Notes under the pieces: generated by a model | What the model saw: only the letters and a program-made list of their open reading frames with translations | What the model was told of the DNA's origin: nothing | Databases searched by the model: none | Position numbers and translations under genes: made by a program | Assembly (NCBI GenBank): GCA_023515725.1 | Contig: JALDTO010000247.1 | Span: 124,001-188,000, forward strand | Length of the DNA: 64,000 nt | DNA from: Amoeboaphelidium protococcarum X5 | Lineage: Eukaryota; Fungi; Aphelidiomycota | Reading direction: 5' to 3' | Shown here: positions 1 through 12,300 of the stretch, piece after piece | How the letters are laid out: each line of letters begins with the position of its first letter | Numbering within the stretch: the first letter of the stretch is position 1

Positions 1-1
1 A

Positions 2-1093
2 AAGGATGCTAGTGTCAGTTAGAAGGTGAAAGCGGCATCTGCTGAATAACAATCAAATGATCAACGTGTTTACAAAGCTGGTACTGTAAATGAGAACGTT
101 CTTGCTACTCCTGCAGTTAGACGAATGGCCAAGGAGATGAAGATTGATTTGAATTCTGTCAAAGGCACTGGTAGAGATGGTCGCATAACTAAAGAGGATT
201 TACTGTCTTATTCTCCTGGTGCCGATTAAGGTACTCAGACGTCCTCCTAATCGACTCCTTAATAATAGTAGCAATCTAACTAATCTTCGTTTTAATCAGG
301 CGGAAGCGCCAAGTGGAGTGGTCAATAGACTGCGACTACTCCACCTGTTGTCAAACTGACTGGCGTGTAAAAAGCAATGCTGAAAGGAATGTCGCAATCA
401 TTGCGTATCCCACATTTTGGATTCAGTGATGAGATAGAATTTGATTAGTTGTCAGCATTGCGGGCTGGTATTAATAAGGATCTTGCATTGAATTAGAATC
501 CTTCTGCTGGTTTAGCAAAGATTTCATTCATGCCTCTGCTCTTGAAATCCTTCTCTGTTGCCCTGTAGCGATATCCTCTACTAAATGCTAAATTACAACA
601 ATCTGATCAGTTTGAGGATTCTGGTTCTGCATCATTGCTGTACCGCTCGTCTCATAATATTGGAGTCGCTATTGATTCACCGGGAGGCTTGGTGGTGCCA
701 AACATCAAGGCTGTTGATTAAAAGTCGATCCTGGAGATTGCACTTGACTTGCAAAGACTTGTAGACTTGGCCAAAAAGGGACAATTGCCTCCAGATGCCT
801 TCAAGGATATCACGATCACCATGAGTAATATTGGTAACATTGGAGGCAGAGTGCTGAGTCCAGTGATTCCTCCTGATACCTTGTGCATCGTGGCCATTGG
901 TAGAATATAGTCACTTCCTAGATTTGTGAATAATGGCGATGAAGATAGCCTAGTGGTGACTAAAAAGCAGATTGTGACTGCAAGCTTCAGTGCTGATCAC
1001 AGAGTCGTGGATGGTGCCACAGTGGCCAAATTCTTCGCTGAATGGAAGTCTTTGATCGAAGATCCAGCTAAAATGCTAATGAACTTGAGATGA
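2..1093 (+). CDS. DBT: Branched-chain 2-oxoacid dehydrogenase E2 (dihydrolipoamide transacylase), 5'-partial
   Basis: With TAR=Gln, one frame gives the E3-binding motif [18 protein letters not shown], then KLTGV(Q=TAA 368-370)KAM..IPHF and the catalytic ADHRVVDG; TGA at 1091-1093. Confidence 0.92.
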
Positions 1094-1204
1094 ATATAAA
1101 ATAAAGCTGGTAACTTCTGTCTCTAAAATCTGAAATACCTTTTCTTTATTAAATGTAGATTGATATTCAATGATCAATTTAGATCACTAATTCACTAATG
1201 ATGT

Positions 1205-3385
1205 TCATGCAACGTCTTCTAGAGACAATTCTGCAAACATTTCATTGCGTGCCTGGGTGTTATCAGGAAGAGACACGTTGGCGCCCAGTTCACAATTGAT
1301 CAAGTTACATCCTTTGCCAATGCGCACTCCTTCCCCCACAATGCAACCTTCTAATTTAACATCCTGTTCTATAGTGACATAATTGAAAATTATCGAAGAG
1401 TTGATCTTGGACTTGGTGCCTATCGATACATGGCTACCAACGACGGACTTTTTGACTATTGCTTTGGCTTAGATGTTTTGCAGACTAGACGGCTCCACCA
1501 TAGAGTCTGGAGAGATGATGGCCACACCGCCTTGATTTCCTCCTCCACCGCCACCACCACTGCCTACCTGTTAGACGTTCGCGGTATTACCACCAGCAGA
1601 CGGGGCACGTTTCTCTGCGTGCTTGATTCTAGCCAGATGTCGATTTAGCTCAATGAATGATTGTAGATCATTAGCACGCACGCAATATGTTGGCTATGAC
1701 CATTAAGATGCAGAGTCGATAAAAGAAGCTTCCATAAAGCTCTGATCGGTCGATACTTTCTATTGACTGGCAGTCGCTGGTGGCGTGTACAGCTGGGTTG
1801 GAATATTGGTCAAGGATTATCCGAATCTATTCATCACCAAAGTGCAACCAATCACTCTGATAGTGGAGTACTTTTAAAGCATCTTTGCCGCATCTTGCAG
1901 TCCCATCTCTGCCGACTCTTTCTAGAACTATTGCAAATCAAGAACATCAGACACAGAGTTCTGACCTTCTTCATTATCTACGGTACCAACATCTGCAGTG
2001 TGCATTCGACTACCACCACGTGAATAGGATGTTGCATCTTTATTACGACAGTCTATCGTCAAACCGGAAATGCCCGAGAACTCATCAACTCCACTGTACA
2101 TGGCAATATCAGCGCCATCTCTGCCACTAATAACAGATTACTCCATAGAGCTATCATTATTGTTCAGATTATTATGATCGCTGCTACTGCCATTAGTAAT
2201 ACAGGTCAGGGAACTGCTATTATTACAGAGAATCAGCGGATTTTCTAAAGAGTCCCATAGAATTGGAGCCTTGGACGCAATCTAACTGGTAGATGCTGAT
2301 AAACATAATCCTCTGGACTACAATACCAGCTAATCAACCTACTCACTCTTCATAAAAGCCTTCTGAGCACAACATCTCACTAAATACGGTGGTAGATCCT
2401 CCCTAAGACTAACAATCTCCTCCATCTTCGACATTAGTAGATCCATTATCCATCCCTTGCAAAAGTAAACGTGCATATCCTGTAGCGATGCATACAAATT
2501 AAGAATACCATCAGACTGTAGCGCTGCATCATTGCTCCAAGAAGATATGAGTGATCTTCTAAGAGTCAGATGACTCTCATCCTCCAGATCATCTTCAGAC
2601 ATGAAATACTTGATCTACTTGTTCCATCTATCCATGCCGATATAGAGCACAGTATCATCACCTTCAGCCCGTGTGGATGGAGATCTGATCAACCGCTGCT
2701 GCAAATCATCACCGTCATCATTACCGTTCTGTTGAGCAGATGATGACTAAGTCGATTGAGCACTACCTGGTGTAAAAGTCGAAGACATATTACCGCCACC
2801 TTGACCAGTATTCTAAGCGCTATCAAAGGATGGCTGCTCAGACAGTAATACACAGAAATCTGCATCTTCCACCAGAGCATAGTTCATGAACGAAGACAGC
2901 GGGTAATCCGTCACAATATCGCACGGTATGATGACAAAGTCTCCCTTGATCCTATCCTTGACATGTCTGATAGCATCTGCAGTACCATAAGCATAAGGAA
3001 CTGGCACAGTGCTCACCTTCATGCTCGTAGATAACTGCGAAGGTGCTAGCTGAGAGGTGGAGGGAGCCGGCATAGAACGCGTTGAAGGTGTCATTGGACT
3101 AGGGACATTACTCGTCACCGTGTTCTATGTGGCACCACTACCCGGAGCATCGTAATAAACCTTGGTCACGTAATTTTGAATCTTTTCCAATACGCCGCTG
3201 TTATTATTGTCATGCACCAGAATGATACAATCAGTGATGCCGGAAGCCTCGATCCAGTTAAGAACATGGGATATCATTGGGGCATTCGCTATAGGCAGCA
3301 GCGGTTTAGGCGTAACTTTTGACGACAATGGATACAATAAATGGCCCTGACCAGCCAGAACTATAGCCTAAGTTTTAACCGTCAT
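1205..3385 (-). CDS. GCD1: Translation initiation factor eIF2B gamma subunit (~726 aa, long low-complexity inserts)
   Basis: Starts MTVKT(Q)AIVLAG..LYPL..PKPLLPIAN; GTADAIR..DFVIIPCD; LQDMHVYF; C-terminal hexapeptide (LbH) repeats. The ORF-track fragments share one frame; TGA at 1205-1207. Confidence 0.88.
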
Positions 3386-3626
3386 ATTATTAAATGGTGG
3401 AAATACAATTCCTGTGTTAATTCAACAGCTCTGAGTATTCAAGCGACTTCAGTAAAGATCAAAAGGATTTACTGTGAACGAGAAGAAGAGAAATAGCTGT
3501 AATGCAATTACGGTAAGCTTTGGCCATGTAAAATTATTAAGTCTTAGCATTATTGCGCATAAGCGATATCTCTGTAATAATCCAATAGTTTGAAATAAAT
3601 TTAAGAAGCTATTCATTATAGCAATT

Positions 3627-4973
3627 TCACGGTTTAGAATTGGTGGAAGCATCGCGTCGTCTCTTCTACTTGACTTCAAACTCGTGCAGATCTTCATCGG
3701 GTTTAGGCAATCTACAAACACACACATACTGGCAATGTCAATCCCAACGGTAAAATTATGATATAACTACAACTACAAGAAACTTACTCTGATGATAGGC
3801 ATGATAGAGGCTCTGAAGTGAAATATTCAGACTGCAGAGCATTAGATGCACTAATTCTCTCTTTAGGGAGGTAGCGAAGCATGGATAGAATAAGATCAGC
3901 CGCGCTTTGGTCGATAATTTTAGTTTCCACAAAGAGCTGATGAAACTTTGGAGTATATGTTTACTGTGGAGACACCAAATAATACCACGGCAGCGACTTG
4001 AAGTATACAAGCGCATCAGCATCTGGAGAGCCCAGAGCTTTATACAGAACTTCAAGCTGATCAATGTCGTCCGCTCCCTGGAATGGTTACTTGCCCAGGT
4101 ACAACTCAAGTAGCAGAGTGCCTGCACCAAACATGTCCACGCTACTATCATATTCAACTGCACCAAGCAAGAGTTCCGGAGGTCTATACCATAAGGTGAT
4201 TACGCGATTCGTGTAGCCCACAGTGCTCTATTACACTACGCCATCCGCATCTTCAGCATCTCGCCGAGGTAGACCATATCTATTAGTGACTCGCGCCAGA
4301 CCAAAATCGGCCAACTTTACAATTCCCTCGTGATCAATTAGAATATTTGAACTTTTAATATCTCTATGTAAGATCCCTTAAGAGTGCAGGTACTCCAGTC
4401 CAGAGAGTATCTACTTCATTGTGCACTTGATCTGAGGCACTGAGAACTTTATCCCCGATCCTTACAACAATCCAGTAAGATCGTATTTCATATAATCAAT
4501 TACCATAAACACACCATCTACAATAATCATTATGTCAAAATGCAAATATAATTTATCCTCAATCACTTGTTAATTTACCTCCAGAGCTAAGCATCTCTCG
4601 GAGGGATAAAATGTTGGGATGATCAAATTTTTACAGCAGTTTAATCTCCCGCATCGCAGTCACTGGAAACTACATGTCTAGTAGTCATAAAATAAAATTA
4701 TCTTCATATAAAAGGCAACCCATATAATCTTACACCTTCTTTCTCAGTCTCGAGGCGGATCCTTTTCAATGCAACATATTGTCCATCACGATCTTTGGCT
4801 TTATAAACTTTTCTACAGACACGCCGCAATCACCACTCACCAAATCAAGAAAAGTTATCATAACAGCAATAATAGTACAGAATATCTTACCCATAAGTGC
4901 CTTCACCTACTTGAGCGACGCGTTCATACAGAGGTGCTTGAGGTTCTTCTGTCGAATCAATCCGAGTGCTCAT
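3627..4973 (-). CDS. CTK1: RNA Pol II CTD kinase, CTK1/CDK12-like, 5 exons (introns 4813-4890, 4670-4733, 4518-4578, 3712-3787), ~355 aa
   Basis: [59 protein letters not shown] and C-terminal LHEFE; the GT-AG introns restore the frame. Confidence 0.88.
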
Positions 4974-5070
4974 TCTAAACGCGTCCTCTAAGCCTCGCTT
5001 TTAAGGGAACTACCTAAAGCTCTTCTTACTTTTATGTTACGCGCCCTAAAATTCATTGAAAATCATAGTT

Positions 5071-6019
5071 ATGCTCTAGTTTATTCAGTAATGCAGATTT
5101 GAACATTTTCTGCCTCTACTCTGGTTCTTGGAAAGTGTGATGCAAGATGAAAAGTAGTTTCTTGAGAAGATTATGCCTTTGGATGATGATTCTGGAGTAA
5201 AAGGATCCCTCATTGCAGACATGATCTGGCTCCGTTTCAGGCGACGATCCATCACTTATCGTAAGTACCTTGATCACAATCTGGTATTGATTTTATCATA
5301 GAGTCAATATGTTTAGAAAAATTGCGATAATTTGACGTGAATCAACTCACTGAGAGTACCGAGTTACCGATTGAAGTCTTTCAGAAGCTTAAAGCTGTTT
5401 TGTAATCTCATGGTATTGTCTCTTGCACATCCTAACCAGTTGCATAATCTCTCAGGTACGCTCGAATTATGTTTGTTGGAAGCCTATGAAATTCATCAGT
5501 GAAATTGAAATGCGTAGAGTTTCCGACTTGTCTCATGTGCAAACTTTCGATCGAAATCTAGTCCTTCAAGTATGCTTCACCGATTATAACTCGGGTATAA
5601 ATATGATTACTAGTCTATCTGATGGTAATGTTCTGGCGATTAACGCTTGTCAGGCGATTTACAAAGCCGACGCGTCGAGGCCTTTTCACGTCGCAGAGTG
5701 CAATAGCGATCGCGCGTTGATCTAGTTACTGGACGCCTTGGTGACTAATTAAGTGGATCTCAGTGCATACACAATCCTGGTTATTGCAGGTATATCGAGG
5801 CTAGTAAATTATAAACAATAGTATCCACAGGTCAAGAGTGAGCGGAGACATTCTTAATACTTTGCAATTAATGGGGAATCTTCAACGATACTTACTCAAG
5901 TAGTGGAGAGTTGTCGCAGATTGTAAGCACTTACAAACGTGCAATGTATACTTTTAGATAAATAAATACTACAACACTCAATGGTACAGCAGATTCAAAT
6001 TGAATTGCATAAGAATTGA
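5071..6019 (+). CDS. Hypothetical protein (~276 aa, introns 5261-5316 and 5456-5517), possibly a degenerate RAD51-paralog-like fold
   Basis: Two GT-AG introns join the frames. Weak resemblance only: N-terminal helical segment QFDVNQLTESTELPIEVFQKLKAVL and hydrophobic strand ILVIAGISRL; no Walker A motif. Confidence 0.45.
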
Positions 6020-6244
6020 AAAGTGTATTGAGTGATCTGCAATTTCAGCATGTCGTTTCTCTTTCATTTACACAACGAATCAAAAGTCACATGACTTGCG
6101 CGTCACCCAATCCGCTGCGCCCAAAATGATCTCCGTGGTTCACTGATCATGCTTTATTTCGTTCACGTAATCAATCCATCTCTTTTGTATCTAGCTCTTT
6201 TTCCATCAAAAATCGTGATTAATCAGAAACAGTATTTAATCATC

Positions 6245-7408
6245 ATGTCTGCTAGTAGAAAAGAAAGCATTGAAGATGGATTGCCGCTTTATGAGGCGGT
6301 AATCAATAAGGCCGATTCTCCGCAGAAGCTGTATGTTCCATTAAGGTCATTGGAGAGTGATAAATCTGGCCGATATTTTAAACTGGACAATGGCGATGAG
6401 GATCAGTGGTTTAGCAAATAGTCCAAGACGCGTTCAGCATCGTCTAAAGTGCTGACTGTCATCGGATTGTCTGCTGCTCTGCTCTCCGGTGTGATTCTGG
6501 CAGTCTGCATTTTTGGTATTGGCATTGATCAGATTGCGTCAGATGTGTATCCTTCTTCATCAAACGAAGCACTGGCTAGCTTTAGATCATCCGATTGGTA
6601 TGATGCTAGTCTATTCAAGACCCAGAAAGAAGCATCTTCTCAATTTGGCCCTATCCCATTGTTTGCTCCTATTCCGTCTGATCACTAATAGTAGTAGTGG
6701 AAAGATGATGATAAAAAGGTAGAGCCATCGGATAAGTCAGCTGCTACACCTTAAAATGATGTTGACTCTTCTGTTTATAAAGAGCGCCTTAACTCCATGT
6801 GCGGTGGCTCATCTGTGATGGAAGCGGATAATGTCGACTTCCGCGATGATCCATTTGGAATATTTAAGGAGATTATGAACAACATGTCGCCAATGGGACT
6901 CGCCGGTGTCGCAAAAGTTGAAATTGAAGAGTGTCAGATTATGGACAATATTCCGGGTATCTAAGAGCCAATGAGATGTTGTCACGCGTCATTATTGAAT
7001 GGGCCTTAGTTGAAGGAGACGGTTAACGATGGTCCAGTTATTTGGACTTGCCATGCTAGTGATCTGACTAGTCATTTGAAGAATTAGGTAAGAGCTGCTA
7101 GTGTTGAGCGTTCAGATAATAATGATTCTCTGGAGGATTTGGACAACTTATTCAGTAGCATTTTTGGCGGACAGCCACTTGCAGGTCACGTTACCGTACT
7201 TGATGGCACTGATCAGGCGATTGATGCTGGTGGAATTAAATTGCAACCTGGAATGAATTATCACATGAAGCCTTTGCCTAATGCTGATTCCTCGTCTCCA
7301 TTGGTGCTGGATCCTCTGAATGACCTTCTTGGCCAGATATTCGGCGACTCCTTCTCTATGACTCCTGACAACTTTGGCATCCATCTGGGACCTGTTCTCA
7401 ACATTTGA
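6245..7408 (+). CDS. Hypothetical single-pass (type II-like) membrane protein, ~387 aa
   Basis: Three ORF-track fragments share a frame and merge under TAR=Gln; hydrophobic stretch VLTVIGLSAALLSGVILAVCIFGIGI; TGA at 7406-7408. Confidence 0.7.
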
Positions 7409-7607
7409 ATTAATAGTCTTCATTTGAAATACATTTTAGTTAATTCTCATTATTCCCGTGTCGCTTCTTATCTTTCACAAATATGTACCACTACTCTGAT
7501 CCATGAGCCGTGAGTTATTGGTTTCACATTTACAACGAACTACTTACTTCAGCCTCTCTTCATTCCTTCAAACATTTGATCGTTTCAACATCAAAGATCT
7601 GATAATA

Positions 7608-9242
7608 ATGTAGCCAGACGCGAATTAACAGAGAGAATTGACAGTATCTGGAGTAAGCAACAAACTCTTAAAAGAAGGGTTGACTCGTTTGCTTGAAGTC
7701 CATGGTATCTAAATCACCAATGACATATTCAGCATCACGTAATTTTGCAAGGATCCAAAATTTGCATACTCCACTAACCAATGGAGATCTCAAGCCAAGG
7801 ATATACACGAGCTTGCAAGGAATAAGTTTGGTTTAAAGAAAGACTTTATAAAGGACTATCCATACAAAACAACATGCGCTCGAATTGAAGAATTGTATTT
7901 TATCCTACAAAAGGCGTGTCGTATGAACATGCTTGAGAAGCAACTGTTAGAGTTAATGGGTGGGGATCCGCAATCTGTCGCCACCTCGTCTGCTGTTGTC
8001 GCGCCGCCTCTGTTTCAAGCTCAAACTGAAACACGCGTCTTTCGGTTTCAGGCTGATAGCAATGTGGCTGATTTAATCGGTGGTCTAAATAACACAAAAG
8101 TGCTTGCTGTTCAAATTTTTTTTGAAGGTCTGCCTCTTTTGTTAAATGAACCCCAAGTTTAGGATTTATTGTCTGATACAGGGTTGACTTAATATCAGAA
8201 GCTGGTTACTGACTCTGATCTGAACACTTTAAAACAAGATCTGCATCGTCTCATCTCCGGTCGTAACGAATAATGTGAAGATCAAGTTTACGCTCATGTC
8301 AAGAAAACGCTTGAAATTGTCTTCGTTATTGCGGGTGTGTCTCAATACACCCAGTTTGCATGTAAACTCGTTGTCTGTCTCCTGGCAATATTTGACCAAC
8401 CCCATGCCATCAAGTATTGTGCAAGGTTCCTTCAAGCTTTCAAACTGGAGCCTTATCTGCTAAAAGCCTTGATCAATTAAGTTGGATTGATAACGAAGGA
8501 CTGTAGTGAACATCTGCATAAACTCTTTGGCGAGTCAAGAACGTTCCTAACAGACTTAATCCTAATCACAGCGTCCAACGCATGGTGGATTGACCCAACG
8601 TGGACATTGATGCGCGCTATAGAACTATGGCATGCTGCTAATTTCTCTTCCCCAGGTAATCCTCAGCTGAGCTTATGTACATTAGCGTTGGTATGGATTT
8701 AGCAGAGTCCTGGGAATAGTGTGCAGCAAATTAACGAAGTATTCTGCAGACGGCTAAAGTAAGAATTGTGCAACTGGCGCTCAACCATGTGCGATGAGTA
8801 GTTCGAAACTCTGAAGGATTTGCTTGTCGTTAAATGGAAAGACGCTGATGAATTTGGTTTACTTTTAAGCAAGATTGTAGAACAAGAACCCAAAATAGGC
8901 TCTCGCAATTTACTGGAGCCTCCTCGGCCTCAAAGACGTTGTTTCATGTGCAACGAGCTGGCGAATCATTAGTGTGGGGATATTATCCGCTGTTGTAAGC
9001 ATACCATTTTGGCGAAAGATGCCACGTGCAAGCCATTCGAGGAAGAACACATCTGCCTAATTAGTTGCGACGTGCTCGACTGTAATGACGTCGCCCAACA
9101 TTGGCATGAAGTACAACAGAATTTTCAGTGCTGCGAGCATGCGGATGATCAGCCTCCGATGGACAAGAACCATACCTGTTCCTTGAACGATTCAACCGAA
9201 GACTCACTGAACTCTTTAAGTAGCCGAACTTCGGCCAATTGA
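7608..9242 (+). CDS. Orphan protein ~544 aa with a Cys/His-rich C-terminus
   Basis: Uninterrupted frame under TAR=Gln from ATG 7608 to TGA 9240-9242; C-terminal CFMC..ANHQC..RCCKH and CDVLDC..AQHWH..QCCEH. Confidence 0.7.
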
Positions 9243-9338
9243 AACTGAAAGAAAATAATGGTAAAAAAATCCCTTTAATTTTGGTTTTTTACTTCCTACA
9301 GATATCAAATCTTTGACCGCATAACTTCCACATCCTAT

Positions 9339-12300
9339 CCTGTTGAAAACAACAGATCCCATGTCAGCGCGGTAAGAGTGACTGTATTGAGCTCCAATAA
9401 AGTTCAGCAGTAAGCGAATAGAGTCCCTCAAGATAATTTCCACCTGAAATTGATATACCGCTCCTTTCCAAGAATCTCAGGGTGATCTGTTGAAAAATAC
9501 CGGTTTTAGCTCAAAACCAGTTGAAAACAACAGATCTCATGTCAGCACGGTGATAGTGACTGTACTGAGCTGCAATAAAGTTCAGCAGTAAGCGAATAGA
9601 GTGCGTAAACATATTATCAGACTGGAACTGAATTATAGCTCTACTTCAAAGATCTCAGGGTGATCTGTTGAAAAATACCGGTTTTGACTGAGAACCTGTT
9701 GAAAACAACAGATCTCATGTCAGCACGGTGATAGTGACTGTACTGAGCTGCAATAAAGTTCAGCAGTAAGCGAATAGAGTGCGTAAACATATTATCAAAC
9801 TGGAACTGTATTACCGCTCTACTTCAAAGATCTCAGGGTGATCTGTTGAAATTACCGTTTTTAGCTCAAAACCTGTTGAAAACAACAGATCTCATGTCAG
9901 CGCGGTAAGAGTGACTCTACTGAGCTGCAATAAAGTTCAGCAGTAAGCGAATAGAGTCCGTCAAGATAATTTCCACCTGAAATTGATATACCACTCCTTT
10001 CCAAGAATCTCAGGGTGATCTGTTGAAAAATACCGGTTTTGACTGAGAACCTGTTGAAAACAACAGATCTCATGTCAGCACGGTGATAGTGACTGTACTG
10101 AGCTGCAATAAAATTCCACAGAAGGAGAATAGAGTGCGTAAACATATTATCAAACTGGAACTGTATTACAGCTCCTTTCCAAATATCTCAGGGTGATCTG
10201 TTGAAAAATACCGGTTTTGACTGAGAACCTGTTGAAAACAACAGATCTCATGTCAGCGCGGTAAGAGTGATTGTATTGAGCTGCAATAAAATTCCACAGA
10301 AGGAGAATAGAGTGCGTAAACATATTATCAAACTGGAACTGTATTACCGCTCCTTTCCAAGAATCTCAGGGTGATCTGTTGAAATTACCGTTTTTAGCTC
10401 AAAACCTGTTGAAAACAACAGATCTCATGTCAGCGCGGTAAGAGTGATTGTATTGAGCTGCAATAAAATTCCACAGAAGGAGAATAGAGTCCGTCAAGAT
10501 AATTTCCACCTGAAATTGATATACCGCTCCTTTCCAAGAATCTCAGGGTGATCTGTTGAAATTACCGTTTTTAGCTCAAAACCTGTTGAAAACAACAGAT
10601 CTCATGTCAGCGCGGTAAGAGTGACTCTACTGAGCTGCAATAAAGTTCAGCAGTAAGCCAATAGAGTGCGTAAACATATTATCAAACTGTAACTGTATTA
10701 TAGCTCCTTTCCAAGAATCTCAGGGTGATCTGTTGAAAAATACCGGTTTTGACTGAGAACCTGTTGAAAACAACAGATCTCATGTCAGCGCGGTAAGAGT
10801 GATTGTATTGAGCTGCAATAAAATTCCACAGAAGGAGAATAGAGTGCGTAAACATATTATCAAACTGGAACTGTATTACCGCTCCTTTCCAAGAATCTCA
10901 GGGTGATCTGTTGAAATTACCGTTTTTAGCTCAAAACCTGTTGAAAACAACAGATCTCATGTCAGCGCGGTAAGAGTGATTGTATTGAGCTGCAATAAAA
11001 TTCCACAGAAGGAGAATAGAGTGCGTAAACATATTATCAAACTGGAACTGTATTACCGCTCCTTTCCAAGAATCTCAGGGTGATCTGTTGAAATTACCGT
11101 TTTTAGCTCAAAACCTGTTGAAAACAACAGATCTCATGTCAGCGCGGTAAGAGTGATTGTATTGAGCTGCAATAAAATTCCACAGAAGGAGAATAGAGTG
11201 CGTAAACATATTATCAAACTGGAACTGTATTACCGCTCCTTTCCAAGAATCTCAGGGTGATCTGTTGAAATTACCGTTTTTAGCTCAAAACCTGTTGAAA
11301 ACAACAGATCTCATGTCAGCGCGGTAAGAGTGATTGTATTGAGCTGCAATAAAATTCCACAGAAGGAGAATAGAGTGCGTAAACATATTATCAAACTGGA
11401 ACTGTATTACCGCTCCTTTCCAAGAATCTCAGGGTGATCTGTTGAAATTACCGTTTTTAGCTCAAAACCTGTTGAAAACAACAGATCTCATGTCAGCGCG
11501 GTAAGAGTGATTGTATTGAGCTGCAATAAAATTCCACAGAAGGAGAATAGAGTGCGTAAACATATTATCAAACTGGAACTGTATTACCGCTCCTTTCCAA
11601 GAATCTCAGGGTGATCTGTTGAAATTACCGTTTTTAGCTCAAAACCTGTTGAAAACAACAGATCTCATGTCAGCGCGGTAAGAGTGATTGTATTGAGCTG
11701 CAATAAAATTCCACAGAAGGAGAATAGAGTGCGTAAACATATTATCAAACTGGAACTGTATTACCGCTCCTTTCCAAGAATCTCAGGGTGATCTGTTGAA
11801 ATTACCGTTTTTAGCTCAAAACCTGTTGAAAACAACAGATCTCATGTCAGCGCGGTAAGAGTGACTCTACTGAGCTGCAATAAAGTTCAGCAGTAAGCGA
11901 ATAGAGTCCGTCAAGATAATTTCCACCTGAAATTGATATACCACTCCTTTCCAAGAATCTCAGGGTGATCTGTTGAAATTACCGTTTTTAGCTCAAAACC
12001 TGTTGAAAACAACAGATCTCATGTCAGCGCGGTAAGAGTGATTGTATTGAGCTGCAATAAAATTCCACAGAAGGAGAATAGAGTCCGTCAAGATAATTTC
12101 CACCTGAAATTGATATACCGCTCCTTTCCAAGAATCTCAGGGTGATCTGTTGAAATTACCGTTTTTAGCTCAAAACCTGTTGAAAACAACAGATCTCATG
12201 TCAGCGCGGTAAGAGTGATTGTACTGAGCTGCAATAAGGTTCAGCAGTAAGCGAATAGAGTGCGTAAACATATTATCAAACTGGAACTGAATTATAGCTC

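Noticed and set aside
9890-9950. tRNA- or SINE-derived monomer (TCAGCGCGGTAAGAG resembles a D-loop)
   Set aside because: No D-stem pairing, no proper GTTCRA B-box and no cloverleaf.
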